Assembly (NCBI RefSeq): GCF_002113885.1
Contig: NW_018407210.1
Location: forward strand, 11,968-75,967
Origin: Mizuhopecten yessoensis
Lineage: Eukaryota
DNA: 64,000 nucleotides
Reading direction: 5' to 3'
The position numbers were made by a program, and so were the translations under genes. Shown piece by piece: positions 50,801 to 63,710 of this stretch. A model generated the notes under the pieces. That model made no database searches. It was not told the origin of the DNA and saw nothing but the letters and a program-made list of their open reading frames with translations. Within the stretch, counting starts at the first letter, position 1, and each line of letters starts with the position of its first letter.

Positions 50801-53800
50801 GACACCCAAAAGGTGGACTATCTATCCCCTGATGGTTGTATATATACAAACGACACCCAAAAGGTTGACTATCTATCCCCTGATGGTTGTATATATACAA
50901 ACGACACCCAAAAGGTGGACTATCTATACCCTGATGGTTGTATATATACAAACGACACCCAAAAGGTTGACTATCTATCCCCTGATGGTTGTATATATAC
51001 AAACGACACCCAAAAGATTTTCTTCGGCGGATGAATACCGTCTAAGTCGATTTAATTGTCTATTTTTTTAACGTTTTGTCAGTTGATCATGAAACTTGTG
51101 TCATTTACTAGTATCTGTTGTGACGTCATTTGATCCGAATGCCTAATAAAAGAATTGATAACAATAGGTTATTAATTATTTAGCAAATAACAAGAGCAGT
51201 AGTGACGATGGACTGGTCTAAGCTTAGAACATTTGAAGTGATTCTGTAAATTACATTGTTCCGTGATAGGTTAGTTTCTCTGGCCTCTATGTTTGCGGAT
51301 TAAAACGATAAAGTAAAGTTTGCATTATTGAAAAACGTTATAAATCTTCGAGTGTTAGTTGGTCTTTACAGAAAATATTGTGCAACAAAATTATATATTT
51401 CACAATTACTCATTGGAATCTTAAAAATGTCTAGTGAAAGGTCACTCTATAACTTTTATAAAAATCATTCAGGATAATAGGATCTCCATTATACGGTAAG
51501 ATAACAAATTACATTCCTACCCAGATCGACTTGTAGCCAAGAATCTGTACTCGTACCACACCACCCATAGCCACTAGCCCCATATCGACCATTGGAGGCA
51601 AGATAGCTACTGTAGGAACGAAAGGCGGTCATCTGGGCGTCCGGGATCACACTTGGACTGCGTATATTTATAACTTTGCTTCTGCACGCTGTAATGTAAC
51701 AGTTTATAAAAAATAGAGTTTGATTTAGTATTTCTAGAGATCATTTGGTAATATGGTTTATACAAAGAACAGTTCTCGTTACTTTTTGTGAGAAACAATT
51801 TACATACACACTTTGAAAAAACTTGATAAAATAGCTGATTTCATTTTCTTCAAGTAAAGTATTTTATTTCTTAGATAAACAATTGTATCTATGGTTCTTA
51901 GGATTTTCTAATAAAAAAAAAGACTCAACTTATCTATCTATGTAATGAGATAATGAAATTTATTATTAACGCTATTCCATTCTATCATGAAATGAAATGA
52001 ATGAGAACATCGCATGAAAACAGAACGACGGACTGCCGCCACTAGTGTCTCTGTAGCCGAGAATGGACTAGAGTCCAGCCACAAGATTGATGTGTCGATT
52101 GTGTCCATCTCCGACATCAGACAAGATCTAGGTATCAAACTATGTATACACACCAGACGACACAGGGGAACCTAAACAAAAATGAGAAGGGGTTTCTCCT
52201 ATCTAAGGCAGGCTCTTGCGTTTGTTACGCCACTCATGTGCAGGAAAATAGCAAGGTCACTTAGGGTCTACTAGCGTGATAAAGATGGTTTAGTTTGACT
52301 CGGTTTGTTGGTGTTTTACGTCCTATTAATAGCTATGGTTATTTAAGGACGCGACAGGTTTTGGTATTGGATGTAAGCCGGAGTACCAGGAGAAAATAGA
52401 CCGTTCTGCGGTTAGTACCTAGCAACTGCCAAACGTAGGCCTAGAACCAGCGTCCAAGTGGTTAAGGGCTAGTGATCGCAGACGCCTTAACCACTTGGCC
52501 TTCGCGGCCCCGTAGCCATCAAAAGATCTCTGGTAAGCTAAGTGTTATGTTGTGACTAAATGATTGAAGTTCAACACTTCAATAAAAAATCTGATTTAAT
52601 ACAAAAAACTTGAAAAGGTTACCTGTTTCACACTTCTGACCGCCGTAGTCAGTTGTACAGTTACAGGTAAACCCTCCCGTCGTGTCTGTACACTGTCCAT
52701 TATGTAGACACGGGCTGGAGGAGCAGTGGTCAAACTCTGAAAATGACCATTGGGTCAACAAACCAATCTAGTTATTTCTTGTGTATCATCTGCGCAATCA
52801 CCTCTAAAGCATTGACTAATTTATCAGATCTTAGGGTAAAGAATCCCATTATTCTCTTCCTAAATTATTAAGGTTCACTTGCAAGTTTGAATAAATATTT
52901 CACATTCTTCGATATCTATTCATTTTGGATAATCGACATGAAAAATGACCACAAAAAAAATTCAATAATATACCTAAAGTTTCCATCTTAAACACAGAAT
53001 CTGCATATTTCCCATGTGTGTCTTGTGCCCGGATAGTGAATGAGTAACTTCCTGTCACGTCAGGAATGACGCCTTTCACATGCCCGGAAGTGACATCAAG
53101 GGTGATACCCGGCGGAAGAGCCCCGGCCACAATCTCAAATGTGATATGCTCTCCTTCCGGATCCTATCAATAAAATGTAAATAATTATCATTAAACCATT
53201 GATTTCAAATATGTTAACCTCATTATGATATACCTTTGTAGACAGGTTATTCAGTACTTCGGGGAAGGACGTACTAGTTTGTACTACAGTATGCTACCGA
53301 TTATATGAATACAAGAATAAGAACTCTCACCTCCGCTTCCAACTTGATGTCAACATTTTCATCGCCTTTAAAGGTACCAAAGAATCCGTTATGAGCATGA
53401 TTTGACCATACTGGAGGGAGACTTTTCGCAATCTGAAACAGAATATATTAAGCAAACATATCTGGTGAACATTTAAAAATTAACGATCCTTGGATACGAC
53501 TTTTATATAGTTACCGACAAAAAGTAAAAATTAAATATAAGTGAACTGGCTACGCCCTTCAGGTTAATATCAATACAACCTCCAGGTAATTATGAAACAC
53601 CCTTTAGGTAACCATGGATACGACCTACAGGTAACTATGTTATACGACTTACAGGTAACTAGGGATACAGCCTACACGTAACTACGGTATACTACTTACA
53701 GTTTACCAGAGATACGACCTTCACGTAACTATTGTATACGACTAACAGGTAACCAGGGACACGACCTTCCCGTAACTATAGTATACGACTTACAGGTAAA

Positions 53801-55811
53801 CATGGATACGACCTAAAGGTAACTATGGTATACGACTTACAGATAACTAGGGTTACAGCATACACGTAACTACGGTATACTACTTACAGTTTACCAGAGA
53901 TACGACCTTCACGTAACTATTGCATACGACTAACAGGTAACCAGGGACACGACCTTCCCGTAACTATAGTATACGACTTACAGGTAAACATGGATACGAC
54001 CTACATGTAATTATGGTATACGACTTACAGTTTACCAGAGATACGACCTACATGTAACTATGATATACGACTTACAGGTAACCAGGGACACGACCTACAC
54101 GTAACTATGATATACGACTAACAGGTAACCAGGGACACGACTTACACGTAACTATGGTATACGACTTACAGGTAACCAGTAAAACGACCTACACGTAACT
54201 ATGGTATACGACTAACAGGTAACCAGGAATACGACCTACATGTAACTATGATATACGACTTACAGGTAACCAGGGACACGACCTACACGTAACTATGATA
54301 TACGACTTACAGGTAACCAGGGACACGACCTTCACGTAACTATGGTATACGACTAACAGGTAACCAGGGATACGACCTACACGTAACTATGATATACGAC
54401 TTACAGGTACCCAGGGACACGCCCTTCACGTAACTATGGTATACGACTTACAGTTTACCAGAGATACGACCTACATGTAACTATGATATACGACTTACAG
54501 GTACCCAGGGACACGCCCTTCACGTAACTATGGTATACGACTAACAGGTAACCAGTAAAACGACCTACACGTAACTATGGTATACGACTTACAGGTAACC
54601 AGGGACACGACCTACACGTAACTATGGTATACGACTTACAGTTTACCAGAGATACGACCTACACGTAACTATGGTATACGACTAACAGGTAACCAGGGAC
54701 ACGACCTACACGTAACTATGGTATACAACTTACAGGTAAACATGGATACGACCTACATGTAACGATGATATACGACTTACAGGTAACCAGGGACACGACC
54801 TACACGTAACCATGGTATACGACTTACAGGTAACCAGGGACACGACCTACACGTAACTATGGTATACGACTTACAGGTAACCAGGGACACGACCTACATG
54901 TAACCATGGTATACGACTTACAGGTAACCAGGAAAACGACCTACAGGTAACTATGGTATACAACTTAAAGGTAACCAGGGATACGACCTACACGTAACTA
55001 TTAATATGATGTACAGGTTATTATATATACGACCTTCAGGTTATATCTACGTTGGAAAGTATGTAAATCCTCATAAACCCCCAAAGTCGATCAGTACCTC
55101 TAGGATGCTGAGCAGGTCCTCGCCCTCAAAATAGACCATTCCATCAGTCGATCCGGGTAGAATGTACAGATCGCGGGTCGCATCTCCCGACTGTTGAAAT
55201 TAGTGACATTGTTATCATAACTCTGTAGCATTTATGTACTTATTTCTGAATAAATATCTATGTGACTTTAAAAACATTGAAACAATGCTTAATGATTGCA
55301 AAGTCGTTTTATCAACTGGATTTTATTATCATAATGTTTAAAGTTGTATGATAAATAAAGAAATTAATAATCAAAACGTTTTCAAAAGGGGTGTAGCATA
55401 AATGAATATGATATTGTATTTACCTGTAACGAAATGTTACCGTTACTCTGAGCAGCCACAATTACATTGGGAAATCTGATATCGAAAACTCTGAAACATG
55501 GCATAGAAAAAAGTAGCAAATCAATCACAGGTACAGAATAAGAACATCAAGGAAATATTTTATTAATTAATTATCAGGAACATAACATAGTAAATTCATA
55601 TTAGGTTTATACTCGTTCATATATAGAGGGAAAGAAAAACATCTGGGTTAAAACAGAACGCAATACTATTTATTACGCATATACTCGACACACCAAATTC
55701 TGCTATGGAGATTTTGTCATGCAAACTGAATTTCAAAGGTACGTATACATACCCGTCGTCTGCTGCTATGGGTGAAGCTGGAATTAGGAGCAGAATGATA
55801 AATTGGATCAT
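47803..55811 (-). CDS. Cluster gene D: secreted cubilin-NTD-like / putative Ig / EGF / FA58C protein, 359 aa (subfamily I)
   Basis: Exons (minus): 55753-55811 (MIQFIILLLIPASPIAADD), 55424-55490 (FDIRFPNVIVAAQSNGNISLQ), 55098-55190 (SGDATRDLYILPGSTDGMVYFEGEDLLSILE), 53331-53432, 52974-53163 (AGALPPGITLDVTSGHVKG), 52623-52736 (EGF), 51521-51688, 48433-48566 (alternative donor at 48376), 47803-47955 (PCFKVELIGC). Confidence 0.9.
49070..51015. repeat. 51-bp highly homogeneous minisatellite (~38 copies) in gene D intron 7
   Basis: Unit caaaaggtggactatctatcccctgatggttgtatatatacaaacgacacc, with no spacers. Confidence 0.97.
52290..52512 (-). mobile_element. V-domain-like tRNA SINE copy; related copies at 58355-58435 and 63325-63540
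   Basis: Shares ttttacgtcctattaa...ggt.a.ttaaggacg...gccggagtacc.ggagaaa and a tRNA-like minus-strand head (ggggccgcga.ggccaagtggttaaggcg). ggaaaccggagtacccggagaaaaccc is V-domain-like. Confidence 0.6.
53545..55040. repeat. 47-bp higher-order (23+24 bp) degenerate minisatellite in gene D intron 3
   Basis: Alternating subunits tacgacttacaggtaaccaggga / cacgacctacacgtaactatggta. Confidence 0.9.
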
Positions 55812-56142
55812 TTTACTTGATTGCAAAAAAAAGTGGTGTAAAAACAACGAGTTTCCCGTCGTCAATCAAGGCGTGCCTATCCGTTGTATCATTGCTTTAT
55901 ATCTCGTCGTTATGTTACGTAGAATCAGAAGCATGGGGCAGATGGGAATTACGCCCAGGGATTAGCCTGGTTTTAGAACAATAAATAACTAAACGGATTC
56001 AACCTTGTCCCAAATCTGTGTCACCATCTAGTGTTGTCATAGTGACCATGAAATTGTTCGGTTGTCAAATCCGATACAATATTGCGCCAGGAAAGCTGCC
56101 TAAAAGACCGGTTTCCGGTAACCGAAACGTTAGAAATCCATC
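55812..56142. promoter_or_regulatory. Putative bidirectional promoter between genes D and E
   Basis: The divergent start codons at 55811 and 56143 have only 331 bp between them. A quasi-palindrome accggtttccggt lies near 56107-56119. Confidence 0.6.
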
Positions 56143-59100
56143 ATGGCGGCACTGTTTGTGATTTTCATTATATTGCCAGCTATAGTTACAGCCAGGTAAG
56201 TCAATAGAATCACTTAATATTGAAGATATCGCGTTGTCCCTGATATATGTTTGTTATTCCCTCCTAATTTTACGTTTTTTTATTTTACAGTTTCTTCCAG
56301 GTAGATTATCCAAATGTAAACATATCTTCAGAACCGAATGGAGATCTTGTCTTTGAGGTAAATTCGTTTTCTTGTTTCTAAATTCAGTTTTGGTTTTATT
56401 TTTGGTCCGCATTCATCAAAACCTTTATCATTGATGATGTTCAAAATAATGTTCACTGGACGTGTTTTATAATATAAGATCGTACTTTATAAATCTTATG
56501 TTATTAGAAGACTTGGGGCACTTATTCTAAACGTGTAACTGAGTACCATTCCCAATTTCTAGTTCCTGGTTGAAGACAATTGGCGAAATACGGGGGAAAA
56601 TAAATAATTAGAGAAATGGATTTGTTGAAGCTGGATTTTTTTTTCTTTTTTACAATTCATGTTGGCATTGCTGACTTGTATCTTTTATTTTCTATATTGT
56701 TTAAAAAATTAATAATTAAATGTAAAAGAAAATGGTAATTTCTAAATTATGTGTTTTTGCATTACCCAAAACACGAGCATGTGTATGGGTTCTGCATAGT
56801 AAATGATATGTCATGAAAATCAATTATGCATTTGCTTGTTAAGTACGTTGGGGTCTGTAAATGTAGGCTGGCCAAGGTGGAGATGTCATCTTAAAACCAG
56901 GCGTTGGAGGAACAGTCTACATCGCTGGCACAGATTTGAGGAAATTCATTCAGGTGAGTGGTCCTATCACTTCATAGAGTAATATTATTATCATCTACCG
57001 TTATTGTTAACGCTGGGGGTCTTAATGACGATCGTATATGACAGATGTTCCTAGCAGTCACAAATAATGGTGCTATTCCTCTTGTGCTATTGTGACAGTG
57101 TATTGTGTTTTACAACAGGTAATAACAAATAAATGAGTTACTGAAAAGATCAAATATGTTTTGCTTATATTTTAAACTTCAATATGAAATTAAAGAAACA
57201 TAATGAGAAAATGATTGTCATCATTGAGTTATTCTGTGGTGACTTGTTGAGTAAAATAAACGATATCGATGTTTCAGAAAGTAAAGAGTCTGCCCCCTAT
57301 CTGGACCAGGCAGTCGGTTCATGGATCTTTGGGTACATTCAACTCCGGGAAAGCTGTATCGGTAGCAGTGCAGGCAAGGGTATGAGTTTACAGTTTATGA
57401 CTTTACGGGAAGCACACCTCACAAATATATTTTTTAATTGAATATCAAACCTCAGGAACAGAAGATTAACATAGACAGTTAATGCAAAACAAACAGAGTA
57501 ATAAACGTATATTTACCGTCAGTTTAAGCACATCTTTTGGAGTAATATTTCACAGCATTATGCATTCAAATAGTTTGATAATTTAAAAAATATATTATTC
57601 AAAACAGGACCCAGATGGACAAAGCATTGTGTACGAACTAGTCGCGGGTCACCTCCCTCCCGGCACTACCTTAAATAACTCTACTGGTGTGATATCCGGC
57701 ACTGCTCCCGACGTGGACGCCACCTACCACTTTGAAATTCGCGCCACTGACGTTCACGGGAAATATGCTGACGGGTCATTCAGTATCAACATCCGGGGTG
57801 CGATTCAGATATATGATGTTAATAATTTGATTAACTTCATAGTTTCATTAATTGATTAAAAAATGTTAAATAGCATTTTCACTACATACACTTTCATGTA
57901 ATCCAAATCTGCAAACATAATTATATTCAATGTTCTGCTGTCATAATCAGCTATGTAGTATTTTATCGTTGTAAAAGTATGTTGTCTTATTGGCGTCAAT
58001 GGATGGAGGATTCCTGAATGCTCTTAATGTTTAAGATAGAACATTTAATTATCATTGTTTTGACTTTCTTAAAGAACAAGACCAATGTAAGAGCAATCCC
58101 TGTGAGAATGGTGGAACATGCTCAGACAACCTGAACAAATTCACCTGTAGCTGTACCAAGGGTTATGGTGGAGAGAGGTGTCAAACAAGTGAGTTATCTC
58201 CCTTTTTAACTCTGTATTAAAGGTTCAATAATTCCGTTTTTTATGTGTATCATGTTTGCTATCCATTAAATATAAACTTTGTTTATTTAACAACAATTAC
58301 GAAACAAGTCAATTAACTTATTTTAATCAATCTTGTTGGCCCGGATGGTAGCGCGCTGGGGGTCTTAATGTGGGAGGAAACCGGAGTACCCGGAGAAAAC
58401 CCAGGTGGTCGAGCAGGTGAACCCACACCTTTCCATAGCATTTGTTTAGTATCCAGTAAACTGTATTTATGTAATTATTCAGGGTGCTCCCAGAACACCT
58501 TCGGAGTGGATCAGAATGTTAAACACATCCCCGACGCCCAGTTGTCAGCTCACCTAACCTACACCACTTATAAAGCACAGAATGGCCGACTCCACTCAAC
58601 TACGGGCTGGATAGGAAATGGGACCGGGTCCTACTTACAGGTATGGTATATACTTTTGAAAGGAGAGAGTAACACGAGTAGAAAATAATTTTAGACTTTC
58701 GTCGTAAGCTCAAAAGATGCATGGTAAAAAGGTAGAGGGAGCTATACGGGTTAAGACAATTGTTAAAATGTAACTCCCGGCTAAAATATCAAACAAACAA
58801 CAATACAAACGCAAGATGATTAAGTTAGGTTTTAAAAATGAAATCCTTTAAATTTATATAAATTCTGGGGAAATTTCTTGTTCGATATATACAAAAATGA
58901 GGAAAATGATGAAAAAATGAAAAGCAAACGGTACGTCCTTAATACAGCAAGCAATGTTATCATACCATTGTTATGTTTTTAGTATCACAATGTTTATGTT
59001 AAAGAATTAGACAATTATATTCACGATTTAAGTATAACTGTATGTTTAAGGTGGACCTCGGAAACGTGTCGACGGTGTACGGTGTGGCCACACAGGGTTA

Positions 59101-59924
59101 CAGATCCTCCACCTACTACACTCTCACCTACACAGTCACCTACAGTCAAGACGGCAACACGTTCACGACCGCAACTGACGCCGTCGGGAATAGCAAGGTG
59201 AGTCCTATGTCATATTTTGCAAAAGATCATTTCAATGTGACATCTAAATAATCAAAATAGCCTTAATGCGACAGGAATTGTATGTAACACAGTCCTGTCC
59301 GATGAAGGTAGACGATTCAGAGGAAGCTTGAGAATACATTGGATTAGGCTCTGTTATGTTCATTGTACCCTGGTGCAATTGAAGACGAAATTGAAGACTT
59401 TGTGCGCTCCATGTTATAGATGATAAAGGTAGAGTTGTTTGATCATTTGCTGCAATTCAAGAAAATCGTCCGACATAGTAACGGTAAAATTTACCGGCTT
59501 TGAAGTTGGTTGTCGCTTCTCTGTAATCTTAAAACGAATGTATCAGCCTAGCGATTAGTTTTTTTTTAAATTACTAACATCGTGCCTTCGATTTTGTTAT
59601 GACATATTCAAGAGGTGCAGAATCGTGGAATTTCGGGAATGAATTAGAGGTAGCTCTAGAATAATCAATATCGTCTTATAATTGCAAATTGGTCGAAGTC
59701 TACCGATAACTAATGGAATCAATGTAACGGATCAAAGATATTGTTTATGTGTACATATTACTTTTGTTTTATTTTAGACGTTTAGTGGGAGTTCGAGCTA
59801 CGACACGGTGATAAAACACGACTTGGTGAAGCCGGTACAGGCCAGATTTGTCCGCTTCCTGCCAACACTGTGGCATACCGGAGGACAGCCCGGACTCAGA
59901 GTGGAAGTATATGGCTGCAACTAA
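56143..59924 (+). CDS. Cluster gene E: secreted cubilin-NTD-like / putative Ig / EGF / FA58C protein, 354 aa (subfamily II)
   Basis: Exons: 56143-56195 (MAALFVIFIILPAIVTA), 56291-56357 (FFQVDYPNVNISSEPNGDLVFE), 56867-56953 (AGQGGDVILKPGVGGTVYIAGTDLRKFIQ), 57278-57379, 57608-57797 (AGHLPPGTTLNNSTGVISGTAP), 58075-58188 (EGF), 58483-58640, 59051-59197, 59778-59924 (GLRVEVYGCN*). AATAAA at 59941. Confidence 0.92.
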
Positions 59925-60111
59925 ATGTCCTGGTTTTATCAATAAAATTTATCTTCAAACCATACGTCTATTTGTTTCTTGAATCAATCTGATAGTCACT
60001 ATTTCATATAACACATTTTATTGTGGTTTATGTACAAGTAAAGGGTATTGTGTCAAGTTGTCTTTGTGATAGCTCATTCTGTCAATTCTTGAAGGTAATA
60101 TACTTGTGAGG

Positions 60112-61125
60112 AATCATGTTGTTTTGTATGGTTCATGTTGTCGTTTTGATGGTTTATGTTGTCTTTTTGATGGTTTATGTTGTCTTTTTAGGGTTTATGT
60201 TGTCTTTTTAGGGTATATGTTGTCTTTTTGATGGTATATGTTGTCTTTTTAATGGTTTATGTTGTCTTTTTAGGGTTTATGTTGTCTTTTTAGGGTTTAT
60301 GGTGTCTTTTTCGGGTTTATATTGTCTTTTTGATGGTAAATGTTGTCTTTTTAGGGTTTATGTTGTCTTTTTGATGGTTTATGTTGTCTTTTTAGGGTTT
60401 ATGTTGTCTTTTTGATGGTTTATGTTGTCTTTTAGGGTTTATGTTTTCTTTTTAGGGTTTATGTTGTCTTTTTAGGGTTTATGTTGTCTTTTTGATGGTT
60501 TATGTTGTCTTTTTAGGGTTTATGTTGTCTTTTTAGGGTCTATGTTGTCTTTTTGATGGTTCATGTTGCCTTTTTAGGGTTTATGTTGTCTTTTTGATGG
60601 GATATGTTGTCTTTTTAGGGTTTATGTTGTCTTTTTAAGGTTTATGTTGTCTTTTTAGGGTTTATGTTGTCTTTTTGATGGTTGATGTTGTCTTTTAGGG
60701 TTTATGTTGTCTTTTTAGGGTTTATGTTGTCTTTTTGATGGTTTATGTTGTCTTTTAGGGTTTATGTTGTCTTTTTAGGGTTTATGTTGTCTTTTTGATG
60801 GTTTATGTTGTCTTTTTGGGGTTTATGTTGTCTTTTTGATGGGATATGTTGTCTTTTTAGGGTTGATGTTGTCTTTTTAGGGTTTATGTTGTCTTTTTAG
60901 GGTTTATGTTGTCTTTTTGATGGTAAATGTTGTATTTTAAGGGTTTATGTTGTCTTTTTAGGGTGTATGTTGTCTTTTTCGGGTTTATGTTGTCTTTTTG
61001 ATGGTTCATGTTGTCTTTTTAGGGTTGATGTTGTCTTTTTGATGGGATATGTTGTCTTTTTAGGGTTTATGTTGTCTTTTTAGGGTTTATGTTGTCTTTT
61101 TGATGGTTTATGTTGTCTTCGTGAT
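60112..61125. repeat. 20-22-bp minisatellite (tttatgttgtctttttagggt / ...tttttgatgg variants)
   Basis: Direct reading. Confidence 0.93.
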
Positions 61126-61532
61126 GGTCGGTATCTCTTTCTTAGGATCATGTCGTCTATCGTCTATGTTATAGTTGTGAATTCTTTATTAGAGCTCTTG
61201 TTGGCTCTGCAAGAGTTCTTGATGCATTTTCCTCAATTTCCGTTGTCCTCATTTATGCTTAGTATTTTACTGTTACCAACTAACCAGGTACTTTTACCTT
61301 ACGAAGTTTAGTGGTTACGACATTAGAAACAGTTAAGTACTGGAGCAGATATCAAAATGCATCAAATCATGGCAGATTGAGCGTATCGACCTTGTATAAC
61401 CCAGACCTTATATTTGAGTGAATAACAGGCAAAAACAAATGCTGCATCTTATCAAGAACTATAACCTCACACAGTTTGGTAAGGTGAGGTGAAAGAAACT
61501 TACTGAACAGCTCATGCTTCGACTAGACTTAT

Positions 61533-61890
61533 GGAGGCACGATGGTCTAGTGGTAGGACGCCGGGCTCGTGACTGAAGGGTTGCGGGATCGAGTCACGCC
61601 ATAGCACTGTGTTGTATCTTTGAGCAAGATACTTTACTCCGCTTGTTCCATTCTACTCAGCTGTTAATGAGTACGTGGTTGGGCAGTGCTAGAATTGTAG
61701 AATGCCAGCTGTGATCGCCAAAATGGCAGCACCGGCTGTATGCTCTTCAAGGAGTTGAGAACGATATTGGCTGGTTGCAAAGGCCCTATAACCACGGATA
61801 ATAATTTGTGAACCGCCTTGAGACGACCTACGAACAAGGTTGTGATAAAGCGGTATATAAGAACCTCGAATTATTATTATTATTATTATT
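61533..61890 (+). mobile_element. tRNA-derived CORE-like SINE, apparently full-length copy
   Basis: A box tggtctagtgg, B-box-like gatcgagtc, CORE-like block and (TTA)n tail. Collinear with 16833-17247. Confidence 0.85.
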
Positions 61891-63710
61891 ACTCAACGAT
61901 TAAATTATTTTTTCTTAATTTAAATACGTTTGATTAAATTATATATTGCTCATGGCGAGTTTGAGAGAACATTGTATCGTGCATTGTGTTTATGTGTAGT
62001 TATTCCCCTTGTTCTTTTGTTTTATTCATTTTGTTCATTTCGTTTCAAAATAAATTGCACTATTGATTGTATTATCTGTTTAGGTTTGCCTCGGCTTACA
62101 TTCATTTTACCATAAGATCTAAATTTCTGAAATGAAATAAACTATGCAAATGTAATCCTTTTTCAAAATATTTACGCCTCTAAAATTAAGTTAAGTGTAG
62201 ACGCGGGGTAAGAAGACACGGAGCAAAAACAGAGAGACGAATAAACAGACAGATAGGATGATGCCCCGAACCCAATAACTTAAACTAATTTTTTCATGGA
62301 ATAGTATACAACAAAGCGAAAACTGATTATTTCTTATTGAATTATATTACAATCAGATTCAGATTCAAAATTCACTTATCAAATATCTACATATTTCTGC
62401 AAGGCGGAGGCGATTACAATTTGAGTAACCGTGTCGAATATAAATGTCTGATCTCAACGAAAATGTTGAAAGAAATTGTTATTAACCATGATACATGTCT
62501 ATTCATAAATGGTAGATATATGACCAAAAAAAAAAAAACCACGAAGTTATGTATAAATGATATCAGGTCCTTGTGGGGTCATTGTCGATGATACTTTAAA
62601 TATGACACAAGTTGTTAAACATATATTTTTAAAAGAATTCTGAAATTGATATTCTAGGATGAAAGAAACGTTCCACAATTTGAACAAAGAACCGGGACCG
62701 GGTCAATATTGTAGGAAGATGTCTTTAGAAGATAGATAATGATAGCATGCATTTATTTACACTTTTTACACTATCAAATATGATCATAGTAACCTTTGTA
62801 AATCTGTATGGAATTTCATTCTTTTGACCTTAAGCACTGCGGATGAGGCCTAAATTGAGGCAATGGCCATATGATAAAGTAACAAATCTACACAACTAAT
62901 TTTTATTTTTAATTTGTGTTTTGTTTTCTTCATATGTTTTTATTATTTACCATACATTGTGATTCACTCTGCTAGTGGATTATCAGTCCCCGAGTTTGAC
63001 CTTAACCTTGTAACTGGTATATTATGATAGGTTTACAAGAACTACTGGTCAAAACATAAATTATCTGTTGCATCAATAGCTGCTCATTTGTAACGTTATA
63101 AAGTGTCTTATCAGCACCTTTTCCCTTACCTTATAGTTCTGCTTATGTTTCTGAACCGTCTTGATAAGGATTTCGTTCTGAACTAGAGTACCACTGATTT
63201 GACGAAGATGACGAAATGGTTATGTGGTGCGGTAAAATGTTATCTCTGTTTGGCTTTCTGCATCAACAGAGCTTAATTTTGAAATGGATGTGTTCTTCGT
63301 AGTTCTATTGATTATTCCTTTACTTGGTTTTGGTTTGTTTGTGTTTATTGTCCTATTAACTGCTATGGTCAGTTAAGGACGGGCTTAGTTTGGGTGGTGG
63401 AGGAAAGCCGAAGCATCCGGAGAAAACCATGGACCCGTGGAAAGTACCAGGCGACTGCTCCACGTAGGCCTCGAAGCTGCGACCTAGTGTTGGAAACTAG
63501 CGAATGTAGACGGTCAGACATCTTGACCACTCGGCTAGCTATTCTTTATATGTTATACATTTTGAGATTTGTGATCAACAATAATATAGGCGTTATTCAT
63601 GTCACATCACGAAACAATGTATCAATAGTTCCTGTTACAATTAATACAGAACTTTACATACAGAACTATAAACAGAACTCAGTTTATCTTTTATTTCAAT
63701 GTACAAACAG

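Noticed and set aside
49029-51071. Three ~650-aa ORFs of 17-aa repeats, and possible CRISPR array
   Set aside because: This is a pure 51-bp tandem repeat inside intron 7 of gene D. The unit length is divisible by 3 and happens to lack stops. There are no unique spacers and no cas genes, and the context is eukaryotic.
53545-55040. Repeated cag|gtaac words as another splice-junction array
   Set aside because: They are on the strand opposite gene D and do not match any adjacent exon end.
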